Positions 56,040 to 56,744 of a stretch of DNA of 56,744 bases are shown here, piece after piece. The DNA lies in the IMG/VR virus record IMGVR_UViG_3300020381_001070, positions 1 through 56,744 of that record; one strand, given 5' to 3'. Made by a program: the position numbers and the translations under genes. The notes beneath the pieces were generated by a model. The model was not told the DNA's origin, made no database searches, and worked only from the letters and a program-made list of their open reading frames with translations. Position 1 is the stretch's first letter; every line of letters begins with the position of its first letter. Origin of the DNA: a virus (lineage: Duplodnaviria > Caudoviricetes).

Positions 56040-56744
56040 TTAAAATATTAACATTTTTATCATGTATTTGTCTATCATGATTCTGCCAATTATCAAATAT
56101 GCCTTCGCCGTGATTCACTAGTTCTTGTTGTTCAGTAAGTTCAAAGTAATCAGTAAACTCTATTCCGTTGATAATGATTCTTCTGTTCTCAGAACCAAAC
56201 ACATAAACAACATGTTCATCATTACCTAATGATACTCCGTGCTTAGTATCTTGTACTCTAGTCCATATGCCATCCTCTTTGACCATGTGTGTGCCTGAAA
56301 CTTTTACACCTTTGTAATCATATAAATTATCAATTAAGAATTTAGCAGTTGCAAATACTTTACCGCCAACTGAAACTTGATCTTTTAATTCAATTTGCTC
56401 AATTGCCTTCTGTGTGCCATCTGCCATTGTAACTAGAGTGCCTGCCACAAAACAACCACCTCCACCTGATCCAGTAGTACCTGATGTGCTATTTCCTGAG
56501 CTATCGCCAAATCCAGCCGCAGTTTGAGCAAACTCAACTCCTGAATTAAATAAAGCTTTGTAAGTTCCTGAAACTTTAAAATATGCCGCAGTTATTGTTT
56601 TCCAAGTTCCTGAAACTTTGTAAAAAATATTGTTGACATCTTTATATGTGCCTCCAACTTTGACTTTCGCTGTAACACTAATATTGAATACAACAACTAC
56701 CTTACCGTCACCACCAACGCCACCTGACGAAGCGCCTCCAATAG
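56032..56744 (-). CDS. Gly-rich tail-fibre-like protein (5'-truncated) with C-terminal Hint domain
   Basis: Frame is open to the window edge: ...GGVGGDGKVVV...KVGGTYK/KVSGTWK/KVSGTYK...GSGGGG|CFVAGTLVTMADG..K.IE; block B SGTH; ends NGIEFTDY. Confidence 0.8.
   Translation of the reverse strand, partial: IGGASSGGVGGDGKVVVVFNISVTAKVKVGGTYKDVNNIFYKVSGTWKTITAAYFKVSGTYKALFNSGVEFAQTAAGFGDSSGNSTSGTTGSGGGGCFVAGTLVTMADGTQKAIEQIELKDQVSVGGKVFATAKFLIDNLYDYKGVKVSGTHMVKEDGIWTRVQDTKHGVSLGNDEHVVYVFGSENRRIIINGIEFTDYFELTEQQELVNHGEGIFDNWQNHDRQIHDKNVNILNA
56562..56619 (-). repeat. 14-aa period KV(S/G)GT(W/Y)K repeat with a 16-nt direct repeat
   Basis: aagttcctgaaacttt at 56562-56577 and 56604-56619 (42 nt apart); a third degenerate copy near 56645-56665. 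Confidence 0.75.

Noticed and set aside
56032-56454. Splicing intein (mobile element)
   Set aside because: No terminal His-Asn plus nucleophile, no endonuclease, C-terminal position; fits a cleavage-type Hint domain
1-56744. tRNA, rRNA, CRISPR array, integrase/att, IS elements, clear intrinsic terminators
   Set aside because: Intergenic gaps are mostly under 80 nt; by eye no cloverleaf, spaced repeats, recombinase/transposase motifs or GC hairpin plus U-tract, even at the convergent junctions 28422-28427 and 35211-35214
1-56744. Eukaryotic giant virus (NCLDV) or cellular origin, suggested by PRMT-like, AspH-like and PCNA-like genes
   Set aside because: SD sequences, sigma70 and T4-late promoters, coupled operons and phage fibre genes indicate a bacteriophage

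Overview
AT-rich, gene-dense (many ATGA/TAATG overlaps) segment of a large lytic dsDNA tailed phage with T4-like features: PolB, putative sliding clamp, T4-type RNase H, DsbA-like protein, MoxR/VWA pair and TATAAATA-like late promoters. The host is probably aquatic, possibly an AT-rich alphaproteobacterium (weak inference). There are two convergent arms meeting at about 35.2 kb. The + arm (1-35214) holds probable head-internal proteins, replication genes and a 7-deazaguanine DNA-modification locus: TGT/DpdA-like, a T-fold QueD/DpdL-like enzyme, FolE and QueE, but no QueC or canonical QueD in the window. That locus is interleaved with a GT-B glycosyltransferase, GalE, GuaC, a purine PRTase, an amidinotransferase, a peroxiredoxin and two radical SAM enzymes. 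The - arm (56744-35211) is a ~21 kb run from tail-fibre-like genes with self-processing domains (Hint; Peptidase_G2-like chaperone) into four glycosyltransferase-like genes, six radical SAM enzymes, two SGNH-like proteins, a NodU/TobZ carbamoyltransferase and an NDP-sugar epimerase. Best candidates for new biology: (1) a virion-gene-linked glycan/radical-SAM tailoring pathway; (2) a DpdA-like enzyme that shares its C-terminal motif (N-x-F-x-x-L-F-E) with PolB and is translationally coupled to the putative clamp gene, suggesting replisome-coupled base modification; (3) a possible glycosylated deazaguanine; (4) widespread leaderless transcription from two promoter classes. No tRNA, rRNA, CRISPR array or integrase was seen. 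All protein calls come from motif recognition, not database searches.
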